Part shown: piece by piece, positions 59,121 through 64,000 of the stretch
How the letters are laid out: the number at the start of each line of letters is the position of its first letter
How positions within the stretch are numbered: the stretch's first letter is position 1
Origin: Amoebophrya sp. A120
Taxonomy: Eukaryota; Protista; Dinoflagellata
Assembly: GCA_905178155.1 (NCBI GenBank)
Contig: CAJINV010000003.1
Coordinates: 8,929,292 to 8,993,291, forward strand
DNA length: 64,000 nt
Direction: 5' to 3'
Notes under the pieces: generated by a model
Databases searched by the model: none
The model's input: the letters and a program-made list of their open reading frames with translations, nothing else
Told to the model about the DNA's origin: nothing
Position numbers and translations under genes: made by a program

Positions 59121-62100
59121 TCAGAATTCAATGGTGGCGATGACCGGGATATGATCTGAGATGTTTTCCGCCCACAGTTCGTCCAGAGCTCGCGCGTAGA
59201 CCACGCGCTTTTCACCCGCCACGAAAATGTGGTCAATGTCGAGCTTGCGGGTGGTGGGGCTGCTGATGCGGGTTTCCGGAAAGGAAAACTCCCGTGTCTT
59301 ATTCATGTTCAGAACGTGCCGCAACTCGTGCTCCTCAGGAATTGGTCCTGCGTACTGCTGGAATCGGGGTTCCAATCTCTGTCCTCTGTAGTTCATGTCG
59401 CCCATAACAACTGCGCCCACTATTTTTCCTGTTTGCATGGCTAGCGAAACCTCCTGCGCAATCTGCGGCCAGTACCGTGGACGATGAAAAATATTACCGT
59501 GCGCATTATACACGTAAATGAATCGCGCTGGCACTGCTGCTGTTGGCGTTCCGGCTGCTGTTGTTTCCGCTGGCAGGGCGATGGTGACGCGAGAGTAACC
59601 GAAGGCGGGAAAGGGAAAGTCCGAAGGCCAGGTACCCACCAGCGACTCAGCTTTCCGCAGAGAAACTCCTGCGTGGGTAACAATCGGCTGCCCGCCGAAG
59701 CTATTGGCCCGTACTTTGTTGCCGTACACAAACGCGCACCTCGCTGGAGTTGTCGTTGAAGATGATGACGCCAGCTCCGAGGAGGATGATGACAATAAAG
59801 CGCTGTTGCGTTGACAAAAGGATGCGTAGTCTGCATTTTTCGTTTCGTCCTGGGGTGTTGTTCCCACTGCCGCGAGATACAATCCGAAGTCCCGAGCACC
59901 CAAAATTGGGTGCTGCGCTTCCAGTTCCTGTAGTCCGACCACGTCAACGCTGGGTGACATCAGGCGCGACAGCTTGTCATATAGCGCGCCAAAGTTTTGT
60001 TGGATGCTGAAATCGCTGCCAGGAAAGCCCCGCTGCGCATTCCAAGTGAGGAAGGTGAGCTGCGTGGCGTTCGCGGGGCCTGCTGTGCTCCGCTGATCCA
60101 CAATGGAGTCGGTATGCAAGTGCGAAAAGAGCGGGTGCCGCACCAGGGTCGGCGCCGGCACTGGGAGAAATACGCCAACCTCCCCCGAGAAAGCGGGGCA
60201 CCAGAAAGCCAGCACCACACACGCAAATGGTAGCGTCTCTCCCACCGCATAGTGTGGTCTTTTTCTAGCAGGCATCTTCGGCACTTCTACTTCGCTTGTT
60301 TGCGGCGGGATTGGAGATGTTGACGCCGATGACGTGCTGCCGCCGGTGCGTCGTGAAGAAGTTCCAAGCTCCTGATCCGGCGCCTCGGCACCTCCTCCTG
60401 AAGTGCTCGCACTGCCATTCACCTCCGTTGCCCCAGGAACGCCGGGCCAGGTGCACACGACCGCCAGCCCCATAAAAATAAGGCCCCAGCAGGATCCGAG
60501 TGCGAAGCAGGACTGTATGGTAAGGATAGGCAAATTCCACAGAAATCCGACAATCCACACAACATACTGGAGTACGAAACCGCGAACGACGTGGTGCTTT
60601 TATGCAAGGGATGAAGCGAGTGATATTAGACGAGCTAGGTAGACCCTCGAAAAATATCATGATCCTTATTGTTCTCATCTTCATCATAGTCGTCGTTATG
60701 ATCTATCCTGCTCCGCGGGAAATTCCGTAGCGGGTTGAAAATACAGCAATCATGTCAAAGCGCAGCAAATTGCATTGGCAAAGCTGTAGCTGTAGGATGA
60801 CATCCGCATAAAGCAGAAGCAGCGCCTGAACTAGAAACAAACACTCGCTTCCCCTTCATAGCTTCTGCAGCACAATCTGCTTGCTGAAGCTTGTAGACTG
60901 AAGCAGTCGTGCCAGATCGATGGCCAGGAAGACCACGAGGGCGACAAAAGCGAGGTTAAAGACTGCGGCACTCGCGCTCGCGGCTTCTGCGGGTACCAGT
61001 GCGGTCTCGGAGTTTTCGCGAGAAAGCACTTCCCACACAATGTAGTAGACCGTAAGAGCCACGAGCGAAAGCAGGACAGGAACCCCGTCTGGGCGTACCC
61101 TTTTCGGCAAAGGTGGATCTGCGAGCTGGTCGTCGGAGTGCTGTGCTTGCCTCATTGCACTATCTGCATTCGTGCGGTGCAACAGGACTTGAACGAAGGT
61201 ATCGCCCAAAAACTGATACAGTAGTGTCACCGGGCCTCCGAGAACCACATACACGCCGAAGAAGAAGAGACCGGTTGGTTTCTGCTCATGCCCGTTCGCG
61301 TTTGGGTAGCGAAATAAGAACATCGGGCTGCCAACGTAGAAGATCACTGCGCCCAAACTTGTTAGCAGAAGCGACAATAGAGCAGACAACACCGCTGGGC
61401 GCCATGGCAGGTTGTGGATGATATTGCTAGCAGTAGAGTCACTGCTCCCTTCGACTTCACCCGTGATGTGGCGTGGCTGGTTCTTCTTGTCATTACATGC
61501 TTCATCATGATCATCGTCAGCTCTGTCGACGTCCTGACGGCCTTCATTCCGTGGCTCCGGCCGTTCTTCCTGCTCTTCTTGCCGTCGAGACCACCGGTAC
61601 AGCCCCAAGATAGTGGCGCTCACCAAGCCGCACACCAGCAGAAAGAACCAGGTTCCGTGCAGAATCGGGTTCAAACTTCCCGTCGCGCACTTCATAGCAT
61701 ATATCAACGAGGTGAACATCGGCGTATAGCCAAGATACTTCCCAACGCGCGGCAGTGCAAGAGTAGCTCTCGCTGAAGATGACGCAGCCTCCTTGCCTTT
61801 CATTTTTGCCGAAGCCTGCTGCTCGTCTGGAGCGGCGGTCTTGTTATCGTTTTCGAGAAGGTCAAAAGACCAGTAGACGAAGAAAAAATTGATCCAGATG
61901 CAAATGACGCAAAACGGGCGCCATTGGGTCAGTCCCATCAGCAGAAGACTCGGGGGTAACACGTAATCCAGCAGCCAGTCCCGGCGCGGTTCTACAAACT
62001 CACGAAGCAGAAAAAGCGGTCTGCAGCATCGAAAATTCTGGAAGGGGCAACACCCTTCTTGGTGGTGTCCTGCTGTGCGTCTCGTCGCAGTGTTTTGAGT

Positions 62101-62787
62101 ATTTTGCGCAAGGACGGAGGGTGTTGCAGACGGTGCGGCTCTTTCATCTTTATTTTCTGGCGCTCCGTTGTCCGTTTCGCTACTGCCGTGGTCGAGTCGG
62201 GAAGCGGGCGGCGGCACCCGATGCGCCCCTTCTCGCTCCAGATTCGACGCAACACTGGATAATGCACTACCAGAACCAGCATCATAACGACCTGGTGCAC
62301 CTCGTGATTCTACGTCTCCCGTTGGGGGCGCAACCACTTCGATCTCTTCCATTGCAGCAACGTGGTCCTCGGTGCCTTTTTCAGCTCCCTGCTTCGTTGT
62401 CGTTGAAGTTTCATCTTCACTCAAAACTGGAGCAACGCGCCGTTTTCGACAGACGTTTAGCCGACCGCCATGCAGTAAGAGGAAAAAGGTCGACCACAAG
62501 TAGATTAAGGCGTGCAGTGTGAACGCAACTTGGTTCCACGGTGGCCAACCCACTCCGCCCATGGTCCAGTAGAAGGCTTCGAACCAGACGAAAGTGAAGG
62601 CAAACAGCCAAAAACGACGGTAGAACGCCATCGCTGAGCGCGCAAAAAGCAGCAAGCATTGCGCTCCTGCTCCGTCGACCGCTTTCGTTTGGTCTTTGGG
62701 CTTTTCATCATTCGTCTCCCGGCCAATGTCCTCCTGTGCGCGGTCGCTCGACGTTGTCACGGGAGATTTTTTATTCTTGGGCTCCAC
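59121..62787 (-). CDS. Polytopic membrane protein with C-terminal endonuclease/exonuclease/phosphatase domain (CWH43/PGAP2IP-like architecture)
   Basis: Many TM segments in the 643-aa ORF; EEP motifs LTWNAQRG, DVVGLQE, MGDMN, IDHIFV, SDHIPV; exons join in frame across 60601-60860 (VLQKHHVVRGF). Confidence 0.85.
60601..60860. mobile_element. TIR introner, 260 bp, TSD GCTTT/GCTTC
   Basis: tatgcaagggatgaagcgagtg / cactcgcttccccttcata; in-frame join. Confidence 0.88.
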
Positions 62788-63172
62788 GATATGGGTGTGT
62801 CAGGTTCGAAATCGCCAAAGTTCAGCAAATTCAAAGAAATGCGACGAGGAGTAGGACACCCAAGCACCACACAGAAAACAGGCACCAAATAACTGTACAG
62901 GAGCGAGAGGTCCTACCAAGTGAGAGAGATTGCACTCAAGCCTGTTTAGGGATCGAGATGGAGGGCATGGCAAATGAAAATGGATGGCACGGCTCCGAGA
63001 AGTAGTTGCACTTGTACGGGCATCGGCATGGCAAAAGCATAAGAAAAAACTGCATCTATTTGCATCTATTTGCTTCCAAAGTTGCTTGTCATGCGCTGCA
63101 CAGAAATTCAGCTTTCTTCCAACTTTTATCGAGTTTATGAAGCAGACACTTCAACTTGTTAATTTGTCGACT

Positions 63173-63565
63173 TCAAAACCTGACGCTTCCATACACGACA
63201 GCAGACAGCGGAAGAGATCTTGTGACCACAACATCTACAGCCACCGCAACGGTTTGACCTTGACGAGCAACATCTTCGTCGCTACAACGGTCTTCATTGC
63301 TCGTGTGAGAAGCCGAGCTCTGTGCCTGCAGCACACTCCGCGCTCGGGGCTCTAAATTTCCATGCGGATCTACTTCTAGCTCCCGCTGCTCAGCAACATT
63401 CTGGTGGGTTCTTGGGCTTGAGACAGCCATACTTAATATGATTATGCGTCTATCCCCTGCTCCACTGCAGAACGGCAAACGATGCTGCTGGTCTTCGAGT
63501 CTCCAGTTTTTTCGTCCGCACTGGAATGCAGCCACGGAGAAAGGCGCGACGCGTTCAAATAGCAA
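63173..63565 (-). CDS. Possible small gene or terminal exon
   Basis: 130-aa minus-strand ORF; no recognisable domain. Confidence 0.3.
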   Translation of the reverse strand: MLFERVAPFSVAAFQCGRKNWRLEDQQHRLPFCSGAGDRRIIILSMAVSSPRTHQNVAEQRELEVDPHGNLEPRARSVLQAQSSASHTSNEDRCSDEDVARQGQTVAVAVDVVVTRSLPLSAVVYGSVRF

Positions 63566-64000
63566 ATACTATAACAGCGAACAACAGCAACATGCAAGGG
63601 ATTTGCGAATACGATTACGAATTAGCGGAAGCCAGTAATAGTAAACCTGATTGAACATGAGCGTAAGACTTTTTTATTTTTCGTAAAATTTTACAAGCGA
63701 ACGCCACCACAAGGAAAATTATACAGAAACCGACGTAAAGTGAGAGCTACTAGTCAAACGAAAACTCACGGAGAATGACGAAAAGGAACTAATAGTACTA
63801 TGAGTTTGATGAAATGTGCGCGCTGCAGGAATGAGTCACAATGATGTGTGGCCGTAATACTAATGATATTGCCATTGTGGAAATTATAGCAGGATCATAT
63901 TATACATGCGGGAGGCTGTGGCTCAGATATGCTTCATCACTTTCACTTTTATTCATTTCTCTTTCTGTGACTGGAAGTCGTGTAGAAAAAGCGGGAGCTT

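Noticed and set aside
59121-60100. EEP domain as a possible LINE endonuclease
   Set aside because: It is C-terminal to many TM helices with no reverse transcriptase; fits a host CWH43-like protein.

Overview
Eukaryotic, gene-dense window in which all ~13 credible genes lie on the minus strand. That layout, a dinoflagellate-type spliced-leader sequence and introns bounded by inverted plus direct repeats point to a dinoflagellate-lineage parasite such as Amoebophrya (inference, not database-checked). The dominant hidden structure is about 17 insertions of 100-1455 bp, most with TAT(C/G/T)...(G/C/A)ATA terminal inverted repeats and a 5-bp target-site duplication (TSD). They sit inside coding sequence, mostly lack GT-AG ends, and restore the reading frame when the element plus one 5-bp repeat is removed, so they behave as transposon-like non-canonical introns (introners). 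Two near-identical copies of one gene segment (189-1317 and 2200-2772) differ by three such insertions, giving filled and empty sites side by side. One 1455-bp member carries a 176-bp foldback and an antisense ORF fragment. A near-perfect 22-nt spliced leader heads about 1 kb of non-coding sequence at 54.8 kb. Genes recognised: a tandem bacterial-type PH-domain protein, a W-repeat GPI-type surface protein, a COPI-associated protein with an adjacent ACBP domain, a membrane protein with two degenerate lipoyl-like domains, a fucosyltransferase-like protein, a DUF285/BspA repeat gene with an in-frame TAG, dynactin p27 (DCTN6), a CWH43/PGAP2IP-like EEP membrane protein, and several low-complexity coiled-coil genes. 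Exon joins are deduced by eye from the DNA; no RNA evidence was available.
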